From assembly GCA_964106915.2 (NCBI GenBank), contig OZ066918.1: 64,000 nt of DNA. One strand, 5' to 3'. The stretch comes from Podarcis gaigeae. Lineage: Eukaryota. Positions 36,513 to 50,997 of this stretch are shown here, piece by piece. Below the pieces are notes generated by a model that had not been told where the DNA came from, searched no databases, and saw nothing but the letters and a program-made list of their open reading frames with translations. Each line of letters opens with the position of its first letter. Position 1 is the first letter of the stretch. Position numbers and translations under genes: made by a program.

Positions 36513-39500
36513 TATGGGCAGAGTCATTTAAGGGTGCAGAATACAGGGCTAGGTAAGAAACGGGCAAAGGGATTTTAAATAGGAGATTCCTGAATATACT
36601 GTGCTATTTTCACAAATATTTGCGAGTTGCTACATTTTCAAGTCTGACCTAGAATCAACTCCGATTTTTAGGGTATAGATTTACACATAGCCACACACAC
36701 ACACAGCTTCCATTAAAATGCAACAGAGGGATCATGCGCTCTCAGTCTGAGAAATCACAAGGAAGCCATGAAGAACAAGGCTGTCTCCCAGGAGTGATGG
36801 CCTCTCAAGTCCAGCTCTACACACATATTTCCTCATTGCAAATATATGAATTTTAAACAGATTTAAGACCGGGGGGAAAGTAGGACAACTGCTTCAGGAG
36901 AGGAAAAACCCATACACCCATTTCTCTTCATGCTAGCTGCTGATCAACCTCTGACACGTAGTGTATGTGACAGACTTGAAAGCACTAATAAATTAAAGCA
37001 CTCTGCAGAACACTAGGGAAGTATTAAATCGTAGAGAAATGCTGCCAGCGTCCTTTAAACAAAGTCACCATTATGAATGCAAATTAACATACGCCTAGAT
37101 TATAATGATAAAACAGCAAAGCATCTACAATAATGTAAATCATAAAAATTTATGAAGCTTTTGCTGAGAAGTAGTGTTATTGGCTCATAAGGTGCTGGGC
37201 AAAGCAATATAGGAAAACCAGATTTACAGTGAAATCCTATTCATATCTCCTTGGAAGTACATTCCAACATGTTCCGAATGTGCAGCCTAAGTCTGCAATC
37301 CTATACCCAGTTTCCTGGGAGTAAGACCTACTGAACAGGACCTCAGTGCAAACATATGCAGCATAATGCAGTTAATCACCTACGTGAATTTGCCCACACA
37401 TCTGTTAGTACCAAAAAGAGAGAACCTCTATTTTAAGAAAATTAATTATTCAGGAATCTAGGCAATTATATGAGTGTCGGGGATGGGGAGGGAAGCTTAT
37501 CTGAATGAGTTTGTTAAAAGAGTAATTCCACATATGTGGCTATCTCTACATTTTTAATACTCTTATAAAACCAACAAACTTGTAATTGAAAACATTGGGA
37601 ACATTATGCAGTGAATAATCAATCTTCAATCTGCTTTACAATACACCTCACATTATTGACTACCTACAAAATATGACTTATGCAGCCATATTGTCGCTTC
37701 AGCAAACATGACCCAGAGCACTTGTTCTGGACTCCAACTTCACTACTGGGCATCCTTAATAATGACATGAAGACTTGCTATTGCACAGTTTTGATCAGGG
37801 TATTCCAGAGTTTGGCTCGTTATCACATCAGCAGAAACACAGAGAGACTCTATAACAGTACTTTCTACAGTCTCTATTTTTATCAGTCTTTTCCACTGGT
37901 GACAATAATAATGGAAGGTAAAATACTGCAACCAGATCATAAAGCTTATGCATCAGAAATTATGGCAATTATTGTCCCTATATTGCAGTGGAAGGCTAAG
38001 AGATATTTGCTTATCTAAGGACAATTTCACTCAGGCTCAGGCAGAGGTGAGATGCAAATGGGGGCCTATGTGGTTCACAACCAACTCTCTTAACCACCTC
38101 TTCCTATCAGCCCCAAGGTAAGTTCATTAATAGGTATCCCCATAAAACAGGACAAGAACAATGAGCATTCAATCACCAGCCAGGCCTCTGTACTCTTTTT
38201 TAATGAGGCTTTAATTTAATTTAGTTTTCAAAAAGATCTACAGAAAATGGTGAAGTGATCATGGAGGCTCCTCGGAACCATGCCAGGAGTTTTAAATAGG
38301 AATACGGCGCAGCTTCCGACTGATAGAGGATGTAAATTCTTCCTTGCACCCAAGTGATAAAAGCCCATTAGTGCATTAAAACATGAAAACTCTGTGTCTA
38401 AGAGGAAAGTGCTCATTCTTCAAATCCAAACAGAGCTGCACTTGCCAGGACAGTTTCAAAAAGCCGCACTAGGGGCCCAATTGCCTTGCAAATAGGCAAA
38501 ACACAAGGGAAACTCACTACATGTCACTTGGGCTCATAAAAAGGACAAGTTGCTATTCAATTGTGTTTTGTCTTCTGCAGAATGCTGTACTCAGGCTGGC
38601 ATGGAGGAAAAAAATCTAATATGTATTCTTGGGAGATATTCTACACGTCAAATCCACAACTGGGCAATATCTGTTTTAGCACTAAAGTGTCACAGTATTG
38701 TGAAAATCTACAATTCGCTCTGAGAAATGAGAGCTGGCTGTGTAGCTCCTCTGGAGAACATTTACCACCACTGGGGAATGCTTTAAAATACAAATAGTAT
38801 ATAGTGTGCACCATGATTTCCTCTCCAGGTTTACTATGTAGGCCAACTTTTTCCATCCAGCAATATGTGTTTTTAGTTTAGCTCCTAGTCCAATAGCCCA
38901 AAATGAGAACATGAGTATTTTGAATCTTGAAATTGAAAAAGAGGACAACCCACTACCACAATCTGTTTTCCTATCCTTAACTGCCTTTGAAAACACTTGG
39001 ATCAGCCATCAGCAAGCCCTCTGCATACTGACTTCTCTGATGATGTACAAATCTAGGCATGAAGGCTATACTCTGCCTCCAGGAACCTCTGAATATCAGT
39101 TTGATGGGAAAGAACAGTTGCTGAGCTATTGTGCTCTTGAGGTTCCCAGAGGCATCTGGCTGGTCACTGCAGGAAACAGGATCTGGACTACACAAACCTT
39201 TGTTCTAATCTAGCAGATCTCTGATGTTCTTGTACAACAGAAACCCTGCAAGATGCCATATATGCAAGGGCATATCAGAATTTCTATGCACATACAATCT
39301 CGCCTAGTTCATTTGGGACACTGTGGGGCTCCTATTTGATCTTTCTCTTGCCCCACAATAACTAAAAGGGAGGTTCAAACCATTACTACAATCATTTTGG
39401 GGATCTAATTTGGTCCAGATCCACTCACTGCTTCATACTCTGCCTGAGGTTCTACTGTTCTACTTCTCTCAGTATGTTGCTTTGTGAGGATTTGGCCCTG

Positions 39501-42500
39501 AAAAGCAATCAGTAAGAAACAGGAATAAACTGATCTCCCTACTGATGCTTCCAAGAGACCACAGAGTTTCCCTGAACACAGAAGTCTACAGTATTAAATA
39601 AGACCCTTGAATTCTGAAACTCTCTTCCCAACAGCACTTACCAAATAGAGACCACAGGCATTCCTTAGCATTCATCTTTCCACCACCAGTCCCTTGTCCA
39701 GGCCCACTCACTGGTGTCAAGAGATTTTGAGGACATCCCTGAGTAGCCCCCACCTGCTCCTCACTAGGATTGCCCATTCACTTGAGGTGGGAACTGGAAT
39801 ATATTTCTAATCTACTCCTAGTAGAGACCACTATGTAGGGGATGGGGATGAAGTAATTGAATTCCTGCCCGTGTGCATAGAATATGACTAAAACATGATT
39901 TATATGAAATGGGGATGGCAAGGCCACTTTGCCAAGTATGCTGGATTTTCAGAGATATATGCTCAGACTATGGCATTTCCCAAAAGATTTATATCTGTAT
40001 CATGTTACTGGGAATGGAAATTCCCTTACACTGTACCATATGAAACTGTCAAATGTGCAGTAGCCCTTCTGCTCATCAGGCATTTTTAAACTGTTTCTTG
40101 CTGACGAAGACATGCTAATACAGAGCTAGCTGATGATGAGTCTAAAGTACATATACCAGGAAGTTAAAAGCTTAGCTAGTTAACTTGAGCAATAAAACCA
40201 TCCTTTACTCACTTTGAACCACAATATTATCCCCAGAAAACAGTCATTATGCTGTTACCGCTGCTCTGCTGTCCACAGTTTGCAAACATACATTTTCAAA
40301 GCTCATCAGCTACCATTGGCATTGACTTTTTATGAGGTACACGTTTGGACTGTGAGCACTAATATAGCATTACAGAATTATATAGAACGGATTTCGTTAG
40401 CAATTGTGGAATTAGAATTGCAAACTGGTGTGCCACCTAATAACTTTAAAACCTGTACTTTAAGGATGAAGATGAGAACCACCTATTCACCATTAATATT
40501 TTTATGTTGCTTTTAGTTTGTGGATTTAAGTTCTTATACAGCAACTAAATACTTTAAATGATGAGTTTCAGTCCCTAATTTCTTCTGTGAGGTACCAAAA
40601 ACTTGCTGTGCAAATTTTTCCTTCCAAGGGATGTCACAGCGTACCTTCCTATGAGATCTGGAGGTGATACAGAATTCTATTATAAGGACTCTTTTCCATG
40701 CACAAAGCAAACAAGTGGAAATTGGGGCAGTATTCTTGCTCCATCAGCACAAGGACTTATGCTTGTACAAAAAACCTCCCCCCTCCTCCCCTCTGCACCC
40801 CCTAAACATGTTCTAGGGTTCCAACAACCCCCCAGAGCAGTTTTAGGAAGAGCTCAGGTCCGCACAGCGAGAGGAGGAAAAGAAAAGTTATGTTGTGCAA
40901 GTGGAAAGCCTTGTGGTGACCGAACAGGTTAGTTGGTTAAGTCCTGTCCTTCTAAGCAACTTTAACCTATGTTGCCCAGAATCATACAGGATTAAAACAT
41001 GTTCTGAACCTGAAAAGCTGTTTTACCCACCTGCCTGTATAACTGGATTGGTACACATACAATGGCAAACCAAGGTTTACTCTTACCTGAGTAAGCCTTT
41101 GGCTTTCATGCTCTGTTGTTCCCTAAATGCTGCACCTATCCTGCTCAAACCAAAAGGTGACACTACATCTGGCAAAACCTGGTTTGCTCTTGTCCACCCA
41201 AAACAGAATAGGAAACCACATTCAAACCATGGTTTCCAAGTCTGGCTCGGAAGGCAAGCGCAAGCCACTGTTTGCTCACTAAGATGTAGCACAAACAAAC
41301 AAAAATAAAAGAATAAGAGCACAAGAGGAATGGGACCACATCAGCCCAAGGTCCACACAAGTAACACCAAATTCACAGTGAACCAGTTATATATATGTGA
41401 CAGCTCTGACCAGTGAATCAATCTGCAGGATTTCAAAGTAAAGGAGTTAAAACTTAGGACAAAGTAAAGGAGTTAAAACTCAGGACAAGAAGAGGAAGTG
41501 TGTGCCTTACCTATAGGAACACACTTCCTAAAGTAAGGCAGAAACAGCAGAACCCCAGTTGACTTTCAAGTACTATAGCAGGATTTTTTGTTTCTTCCCA
41601 ATCTAGATTCATCTCCTAGTTGCAAATGTATAACAGTGCCACACAGCTCATTAGTCACCACCTGGATGCACAAAAACAACCTTGCTTTTAACACGGCATG
41701 TTAAATTATGCAATTATGCCACTGCCTTAAATGCCTGTGCAGTTGCACTGAAGAGCCTTGCTCACACACCTACACAATAATTAGCGATGTCAGAGCAAGA
41801 CCGTAAACAAATTTGCCCAAGTCTGTTTGACTGAAAGTCACAGGCAGCCTAGGGATTTCCTCCTTTCCTCTCTCAAAGTACATTCGGATTTTCAAGGGGA
41901 GAGCCTAGGTCACAAGAGTACCCAACAGTGTGTTGGGAAAGACACACACATTTTTCTGTAATGGGCCACATTCCCCTAAGGGAATTTGTTGGGAGCCCAA
42001 TGTTTCTTTCTATCGCTTCCTTCCCTCCCTCCTTCCCTCCTTCTCTCTTCCGTCTCACCCAGTTGCAGGAGAGGTGGATCAGTCTGAACTGATCCCTGTT
42101 GAAATTAGGCAGAGGGTTGCATATGTGCCTAGGGCCATATTTTGCCCAACTCTACAATAGTGGGATTAATGCAATGTAACAGTGTGGTTACTAAAATGAA
42201 GGCATGGGGAACTTTTTCCAGCCCGAGGTCTTCACTCTCTTGTGGGCAACTTTCCAGGAGCTGTGTGTCAGTGATGGGCAGGGCCAGGATGAGCAAAACA
42301 ACTGCTGGAACTCCTACCTTTGTATGTTTAGCTACATTCCAGTCATACTAAAGCCGGAGGCCACACACACCAGGAACACCCTCTTCTATCCAGGAAAGTA
42401 AGACACATGTCAGGCAGGCAAAAGCACGTGAGGAGGGTGCAGAGGAAAAAAATATATATAAAGGGCTAAACAGGAAGGCTTGGAAAACTGCATTTCACCT

Positions 42501-45500
42501 ATGGAGCAGTGGTTCCTCATCAGTCCACTTTCTGTATATAAAAAAGAGTAAGTCGTAGCTAAGATGGAGATTCTGAAACACAGACCAATATCTAATAATA
42601 ATAAAAAAGATCTGAGCTTGTTGGGTGAAGGACAAAAAATAGCAGAGTTCATCACCTGGTCATGAGAGGGACAAAAGATCAGTAGTAGAGCAATTATGTG
42701 CAGGCAGAATATTTCAGGTTCAACCCACGGCATTGCCAATGAAAAGGATCCCTGGTAGCAAGGCAGGGTAAGAATTCCACTGATACCTTGTAAAATTTCT
42801 ACCAGTTGGAATATATAGTACTGCATCCATGAGGAAGGGCCAAATTTCAGTAACAGAGCACCTGCTTTTGATACAGCCTCCTGGGTCAATCCCCAGCAAC
42901 TCCAGGTATGACTGGGCCAGGAAATCTGGGAGAGCTGCTGCTAGACAATACTCAATTTGGACCACTAGACAGACCCAGGGTCTCAAGTAATCATGCAACA
43001 ACTTCACAGAATGCCATGCAAAATTTATATAAATATTAGCCAAATTCAACATGCACACAAAACTGCCATCCTGTAAGAACTCTATAAAAGTGAAAATTTG
43101 GGGGAGCAAATTTTCACGAATCTTGGAGAACTGAAGTATGTAAACCACCCAAGTATTGCAACATATTTGCTTTGACAAAGACAGAAAGAGGAACAACCCT
43201 GCAATGAATGGTAAGCATAGCGTTATCTAATATCATGTTATTCAAATCAGCAGCTTCTCCCAGCAATAGTAAATGGTAGAGAATTGTAGGAACTGCTTGC
43301 TCAGCCCTCACACTCACTCAAATTGTGACATATACCAACACAGAAGGACTGGATTTAAACATCTACACTATGCAAATCATAAGACTTCAAAATACGATGG
43401 TGACAGAACCTTTCCGTGCCTCCCAAACAGGGGGGGGAAATGCAAGAAATATTGTGGGGAGGGAAACCCATCTGCCATAAATCTGGCATAAACTGATGGG
43501 CTGTTGTAGCAGAAATAGAGATGGAAAATGCCTCAGTTAAAGAGGAAGGACAGTGGTATTTTCTAGGAGGAGGAGGAATGGAGGTGGAGAAGATTCAGAT
43601 TTTCCAAACAGAGAGAATATTTACTAAACCTTCTGCTCTACTATGAAAATCATTCAGACTAAGACCCAGTCAGATGTAACAGTCACCAACTCTTAAACAG
43701 AACCAGGACAGGATGTTGTGAGAGTTGCTTTCTTTCCTCCAACAGATGGATTATCTTCTTCTTTTATTCCCCTCAACATAGGAATTTTCTTCCTGTCTCC
43801 CTTTTGACACTAAATCATAATATATATGTACTGATGTTAATTCTACTCATAGGTAACTTGAAACCACAGTTTGAAGGAGGTATTCACATTTTGGTTAGTG
43901 CAGGTGTCCCCTTAAAACCAAAAACAAAAAAGGAGGGGAGAAACCATGCATTAGAAGGGAAGAGGGGGGGAATCTCATAATACCCTGTTCTCCTAGCTGC
44001 ACAAAGAGCAGGTACATTGCACCCACACCAAACCAATGTCATTGATAACTTTTCACTACAAGTTTATCACTGGCCTCGCTGTACGTTATCCTCACACACA
44101 GCCAGGCAAGGAAAGTGTCTGCAGAAGCCGTGCAGTTACTCATGATATAGTTATAGGTTAATTCCTGGATTATTCTGGACAAATACAATTAACCTCACAA
44201 GGCCAGACACACAAGCCACAGGACAACACAATTAAATGCAGGCAGAAGTAGATGGCCAATTGTTTTGGAAAAACAGATGCTACTGATGCCCGCTAGTGGA
44301 CCAGATGTAAATCATGCTATGCTTGCGCATGTGTCGCAAGCAGACGTTATAATTTTAAGAACTGTACAGATAAGAGCAATATAGGGATCCTTACTTCGAA
44401 AAAGCCTATAAATTCAACTCCCCAGATGCGTAATAAAAATCTAATAAAGCCACCAAAGAAACAAATTAGCCAGTTTCCCAGAGGCTGCATGCTGATGTTT
44501 GGAGGCAACGCAGCTGAGATAGATGCCAGCCATCTGCAGAATGCACAACGATTGGACGCCAATGCTAAAATGAGTTGCAAATACTCAAGATTTACTGAAA
44601 TCAATGCATCGTAGGGGTGTGCAACTGTTTGATTGCAGCTCTCACATATTTGTTATGCTTTGATCAATCTGGAGTTTTTGTTTACGAGCCTTTCAATCAC
44701 TCTGCTTCCAGCTTCCCTTGGCAACTGGCAGCAGCATACTGTTTACTTTTAATAGGCAGAAGACGTATTTGCCACACAGGCTTCAAAGGGACACAGTGCC
44801 AGCCAATTCACCGTGGAATGTCTTTAGCAAGCCAAGATCATAAGCATATTTCCCGACAGGTCAGAGTGCAACAAGCTTGACTTTATCCTCACAATTCACA
44901 ACAGCAAAAGCAGCAGGCTGAGTTGAGGCAAGAGGAAAACTCCTCTGGGTTGGAAGATACAGGTAAGGAAGGAGATCAAAAAGGAAAATTGGGATTAATT
45001 GATTTCATGAGCAAATCTCCAGGTTTGATCCAAAGAGATGCATTATGTAGCATTAAGCCTTCTGGAGTGGTACATTTAGTACCACTGAGTTTCTTAGCAT
45101 GATTGTGGCTCCCTAAACAGGATTTACCAACTGCCACCAGTTTAGAAGTTGTTTCCCATGTTTTCCACCAGAGGGTGCCCGTGCTGCTCTAGAAAAACCA
45201 ACAGACAGAATTAAAAACGATGTTTAAGTTCCTGAGTTTGGAGTTCAAAGAAAATTCATTTGCCACTAATACATGGGGCATGGACATTTTCATCTTAGAA
45301 TTACTTGCAGCAGTTTCCTTGCTTCAGGTGAAGAAACTGGTGTGGCACAATTACTACACCTCAAAGCATACTTCATTCTAATAATAAAACACCAATTATG
45401 CTACTGATTTCCGAATGAGTCATTAAAGCATGCACAGCCATAAATATTCAAATGCGCCTAATAAAACCCCTCTGCCTGACAAGCAATTCCTATCTGTTGA

Positions 45501-47239
45501 GTCAGATGCAATTGTGCCACACGGCAAGAGGACTTTTTATATTCCTGTGGCAATGTATAAGTAAGTCTTTTGCCCTCAACTATTCAACAGAAATAAGGGA
45601 AGCTAAGTTACTAGCATGACTTTAGGACTTTAGACTTTAGGATGTCCTCCAATCCTCTTTGAACCCAGAGCTCCAGGAAGAACCTATACACCAACACTTG
45701 AACCACCTACAGTATACAGATTCTTTAGCCTTGTCAGCTTTCTATTTAATTTGGGGGAAGAGAAAGAATATTTACTCAAAGTTTATACTTGTAGCTCTGA
45801 GGAAGCTCCACATTACTAGCTCAGGGCAAGTAAAATGGACAGGATTCTGGAGGCGCAGAATAATAATACTAAACTAGAGACAACCATCAACTGTATCTGG
45901 AAAATAACCATACGAGGGACCAGTTCACACACATCAGCTTTTGAAGGGAAGATAAGTGCCTATGACCCAGGCTTGCAAATAGCCACTGGCCTGGATCACT
46001 TGTGATGAGTAGGACTCACTTCCAGGGTGCTCTCAGGTCATCTACACACCCCAAGTGTACACATGGCTGGGAAAAGGCAGAAATGTTTGTGGGCTATTGA
46101 GAATGGCTTTAAAAGGCTGCTAATAAAGTGTATGGTGGACATATTCTGAGCAGTCACGATCAACTACAACATCCAACTATATGTCCGCCAAATGCCTCCC
46201 TATGTTTTTAGGACCATGCTGTTCACTAAGAAGAACACAACTGTCAGGCAGATGCCTACCGGGCATGCAACATATGCATTAATATTCAAAACAAGGCTTG
46301 GAGGAGTGAATGTGTTACAGAAAATCTAGCCCACAGAGAACAAGCCTTCGTTAGTCACTGCTTGAAAATCTCAAGAAGCCCTAGCACTTAATGAAGCCTT
46401 CTTCCAGCCCAGTAGTATTGGAGATGGGGAGAAGCTAGGGAATTGAAGAAAAACTGCAGCCGTAGACATGGAACTGAGGCCTTCTAGCAATGAACAAGCT
46501 AGATGCAAGATTAGTATGCCTGTCAATGTTCAAGAGCCTTAATTTCCATTTATAGAAAAAATTGCCCTCCACTGTAAAGTTTAATTGCTCTCACCTTAGC
46601 CTCATATAGCTTGTAAAAGTAGATCTCTCAATATCCATGTTCCTAGGTTACTTCTATTGCCATTATGAAACCTTGGGGGAGTCTGCTCTGAAACTGCATT
46701 ATGTAACCTCTACAGATGTATTTCCATTCATGAAAGACAACTCCCATTTCAGCCAACCAGAATGTTAGAAATGTTTTCCCTAGATGGGTTAAGAACTGCA
46801 AGTGTCATTTTGTCAGCAACTTCTGTTGCCCATCAACAGACTCTGTATTTGCAGCTGGTAATGACTAGGCACCTTTACCACTGAAACGACAATTGTCTAG
46901 GCAGAAAGCTGTCTGGGAAGAACTTCTAAAAGCATCACATCTTAACTTTAGCCTTGCCAAGCTCCTGTCCCACAGCTTCCCCTCCTAGAAAACCTTGTTA
47001 AGCTACAACTGGGAAAAATTATTGTTTAGCCTGGTGCAGAAAATACTTTTGACTCAAGCACTGCATAGAAAACTATGCCCAATCTTTCTATGCCAGGGGA
47101 GAGGAATGTTTTTCAGCCGCAGGGCTACATTTCTTTCTGGGCAACCTTCCAAGGGCCACATGCCAGGAGTGGGTGAGGCTAAAAGCAAAAATGAGGCAAC
47201 AAATGTAAGTTTTACCTTTGTATAGTAGGCTTGTTTCAA

Positions 47240-47289
47240 TGTGTGTGTGTGTGTGTGCGCGCGCGCGCACACACACACACACACACACA
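47240..47289. repeat. Compound microsatellite (TG)9(CG)5(CA)11
   Basis: Read directly from the sequence. Confidence 0.95.
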
Positions 47290-49305
47290 GCTTTCCACCC
47301 TCCAACCAGACAAAAAAAGGCATTATCTGACTCCAAGGACACAGTCCACCCAGGAGAAAACATTCACTGTATGAAGCAGGGCTAATGAGGGATGCAGCCT
47401 GGGAAGAGTTCTGGAAAGACAGACAGAGAGGCATTCGACCCCCAGGCCTGAAGTTCCTCACCAATGCTCTGTGTGATCTGGACACAGAGTCAGGGGCTGC
47501 AGAGGCCCCAGGTGGGGAGCTGGGTCTGGGTCAGAGCAAAGAGCTGACTGTGGAAGATAGCAGGGCCATTGCACCTGAGGCAGTTGGATAGGAACCTACC
47601 AGACCACCTGGGCTCATACGGCCAGAACCTGGATTCTCACAGACATATTCTCCTGAGTCAGAAGGACCAGATAACTCCCAAAACGCACCACCACTCTGGC
47701 AGCACTGGAAGCTGTGAAAAAAAGGAGTGCCCATCTTCAGGGCCAGAGGGCTGGCCCTTTGAGGCTCTGAAGTTCTCTCGACAGGAAGCAGGCTGGAGAC
47801 AGAGGTATGAAAGGCCTCAGCCCGGTCTCAACCTTTGTTGCAGCCAGCTGCTCACTCGGAGCTGTCCGTGGTCCAGCACCCTTCCTGCTTTCTCCTATGG
47901 GTTCCAGCACAGGACCAGAATCCAACAGTGCCTTTGGTCTTCCAGCTGGAAGATCACGGCCTGACTTAAGGTGAATTGCAACAGTAACACTACAACCAGC
48001 ATACAGTCGCAAAGAGAATGTGCTCCACGTTGGAGAAAGTCCCTGGCTCAAGTCTCACTTGTGCTATGTGCTTACGGAAGACCACTGCACTCTAAGCCTC
48101 AGCCTGCGTGCCCCACCATAAGAACACAGAGTTCATAATAGTGCCCTACCTTATAAGGTAGCAGTAAAGACTATTGAGAATGATTGGGTAGCATGTTGAG
48201 GATTTGGGGGAAAAGACTAGATGTAGTATTTCTTGAGTAGCCATGCAGTCAGCTCATGCAGATTTTAAAAGCTGAATCCATGTATTTTTACAGCAGATCC
48301 ATGGCACAGTTAATTTGCAAATGGGTCTTTGGCAACAAGTTTTGAAATCACAAAGCCAGGCACCTATAGTGTGCTTTATCTTCGGGATTAGTTAGAGAGC
48401 ACAAATGTTGATGCGTGAGGATGCCCATGCAGCTGAAGTTAATTTCTATTGTGAACACACTTTCTGATCCAGATTCACAAGCAATACTAATCCCTGGGAA
48501 ACCAAGAGGAAGGAAGAAATACACACCACACCAAGGTAGTTAAAAGAAGTGTTTTCCCCAAGAAGCCATTAGAGTTGTTGTAGAAAAGCCCACAAAGCCA
48601 ATTCATCTTCAGGCACAAAGGGATGGGCCCCCTGCAGTGGACAAGGATTACTATAATGGGCCTTCTCATTGAACTCTTGATTAAGTGCCACAGCTCTAGA
48701 AATAGACTACTCAAGGTTAACTGGAATATTGGAAGCCACACACTCCTTATTAGTGTCACATATCATCACAGTCTGTGCAATGCAAGGGAAGTTTTGAAAA
48801 AAAAGAAGAAGCAAAACCACTATCCTCCCACCCCTGAGGAGGTTGCAGTTTTGTAGCACAGCAAGGATTCATATACCAATGAAAGCATATTTGCTTAACT
48901 AATTGAAGGAAAACAAGCACTGTGTTATATTGCCTCTGCAGTGGGTGAACTTCCCTGATAGAATATTTATACAAAGCCTCACTTTGAATTAGTTACTGTT
49001 CCCAATTAGAAGGATCCCCCTCTGGAAGTTTACATAACCTTGAGAGGCTTCTGACTTTACCTTCAGGTGTTTAAACAAGTGCTTGAGAATTCCTTTTTCT
49101 TTATTCCCATTTCTATTAGATCTGCCTCTGTCCTATCATGACCCCTACCATAGACAAGGAAGGTCAGGACGACAAGATATTTCGTATTGGCTGCTCAACT
49201 GTGGAATTCCCTTCCCTTAGAGACAAAATCCAAGGTCCCTGAGTCTGCAATCCAAGCATAGTTAGGAAATCCCACTGAACCGAGCAAGGCTTGCTTCTGT
49301 GTATA

Positions 49306-49530
49306 CAGTAGTACCTCGGGTTACAGACGCTTCAGGTTACAGACTCCACTAACCCAGAAATAGTACCTTGGGTTAAGAACTTTGCTTCAGGATGAGAACA
49401 GAAATTGTGCAGCGGTGGCGAAGCGGCAGCGGGAGGCCCATTAGCTAAAGTGGTACCTCAGGTTAAGAACAGTTTCAGGTTAAGAACGGACCTCCAGAAC
49501 GAATTAAGTTCTTAACCAGAGGTACCACTG
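49306..49530. mobile_element. Tc1/Mariner (Tigger-like) MITE
   Basis: TA|CAGTAGTACCTCGGGTTA ... TAACCAGAGGTACCACTG|TA; highly similar to 30376-30589, same orientation. Confidence 0.92.
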
Positions 49531-50238
49531 TACGTGCTTAGGATTGAACCCAGATTCTTCCAAAATAATGAAATGAAACTGGGTTTTTTGACCAGAGTAA
49601 GAGGTGTGTTTAAATATGATAAATTTGGGCAGTGATTTTTCCAAGTGGATTACAGTAAAGAGAAAGTGAGGGGCAGTGAAATAGCACCTTAGTCCTTTCC
49701 CAACCTCAAATAAAGGGCCACATCTTCCCCTTCCACTGCCAGAGATATCATTTCTTCCACAACTCTTCTCCAAGTTGGAAACTGGGACTAGGTAGCATCT
49801 CTGCAGGCAGGGAAGCATATCTGGCTCGAAGATATCTCTGTGGCATTAACAATAAGCAAATTGCTTCCCAGTCAAGTTACAGAAGGAGCTATTTCCAAGA
49901 AAAACCAGCACCTGTACTTAGCCACTATGCAGGTCAGAGCCAACATGCTGCTTCAAGTGGTTTCAGAATACTATACAAGAGGATAAGAAAATGCCCTTAA
50001 AACCATTCAAGCATATTTGACAAGAGTTTCCTTCGGCTTGCCCAACTCAATGACGAAAATACACTGGACATAAAGAAGTGACTGAAAGATTAGCACTTCA
50101 GATATGTAGCCCATATTATCAGTGCCATTCTGCACATGGGACAAGCCTCCAATACCTTTTCTTTGTCACACAAAAAGGGAGAAGTATGCAATAGTGTTGC
50201 AGTTGTGACTTCTCTCCTTTATGCAGCTAACTAATAAG

Positions 50239-50437
50239 CAGTGGCGGAGATTCATGCTCCAGCGCCAGGGGGCGGAGAGCAGGCGGGGGTGGGGCTGGTG
50301 TGCGCCCCAGGGGCGTGGTGCATATCCTGGGGGCGTGGCACCCAGCACAGGCAGGGGGGCAGCCACGATGGCACCCCACTGGGATCGCGCTGCCAGGGGC
50401 GGTGCGCGCCCCCTGCACTCCTCTTCCTTCGCCAGTG
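50239..50437. mobile_element. GC-rich hAT MITE
   Basis: Termini CAGTGGCGGAG / TTCGCCAGTG; perfect 8-bp TSD CTAATAAG (50231-50238 and 50438-50445). Confidence 0.88.
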
Positions 50438-50836
50438 CTAATAAGATTGCTTATTACACAGGTAATAAAAAGTTTTTTAAAAGTTATCAACTCTGAAATA
50501 TATCTTCTTCAAAGCTTTTGAACTATACATGCTGCTTTTGTGTTCATTAGCATAAAATAGCTCTTTAAAAAAAAAAAGCACACCATACAGCCAGCTTGGA
50601 AAGGGTGGTAATTGAAGGGATGTGGAGCACAACCCCGGTAGCTACTGGACCTGCTCCTTTCTTTGTCAGCTCAAACAGAGCAAAAAGAATGGCAGCTGCA
50701 CTGCGCAATCAAGGAGCAAGATTTGTTCAAAATCAGCTTTATGGCCACTACAAACAGTAATTTGTTATCAAAGCAACAGCCTGAAGTTTAGTTTTGAAAG
50801 TCAAAGAGAGCTGCAATGGCAGTTCAAAGCACTTAC

Positions 50837-50997
50837 CTTTTCCAAAGAAGTCCAGCACTTGCCGTTACAGCTGTTGTCCCTACAAAAGCCACCATCATGA
50901 GCCTACGCCGGCCATGGAGGGAATGCGCTGTTCCATAGTGACGTCTAGAAATGGCAGCTAAACCTGCTGCGGCAGGGAGAAGGCGGAAGCGCAACAT
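50837..50997 (-). CDS. MICU1: MICU1 exon 2, first coding exon: mitochondrial targeting peptide and hydrophobic segment, MLRFRLLPAAAGLAAISRRHYGTAHSLHGRRRLMMVAFVGTTAVTASAGLLWK(R)
   Basis: Acceptor ttttctccccag|G ATG (exon starts at 50998, ATG at 50997-50995); donor AG|gtaagt at 50836. The 161 coding nt and the RRRLMMVAF..AVTAS.GLLWKR motif match the vertebrate MICU1 N-terminus. Confidence 0.96.

Noticed and set aside
50166-50521. GC-rich ORF cluster or CpG-island promoter near exon 2
   Set aside because: It coincides with a 199-bp hAT MITE bounded by an 8-bp TSD.
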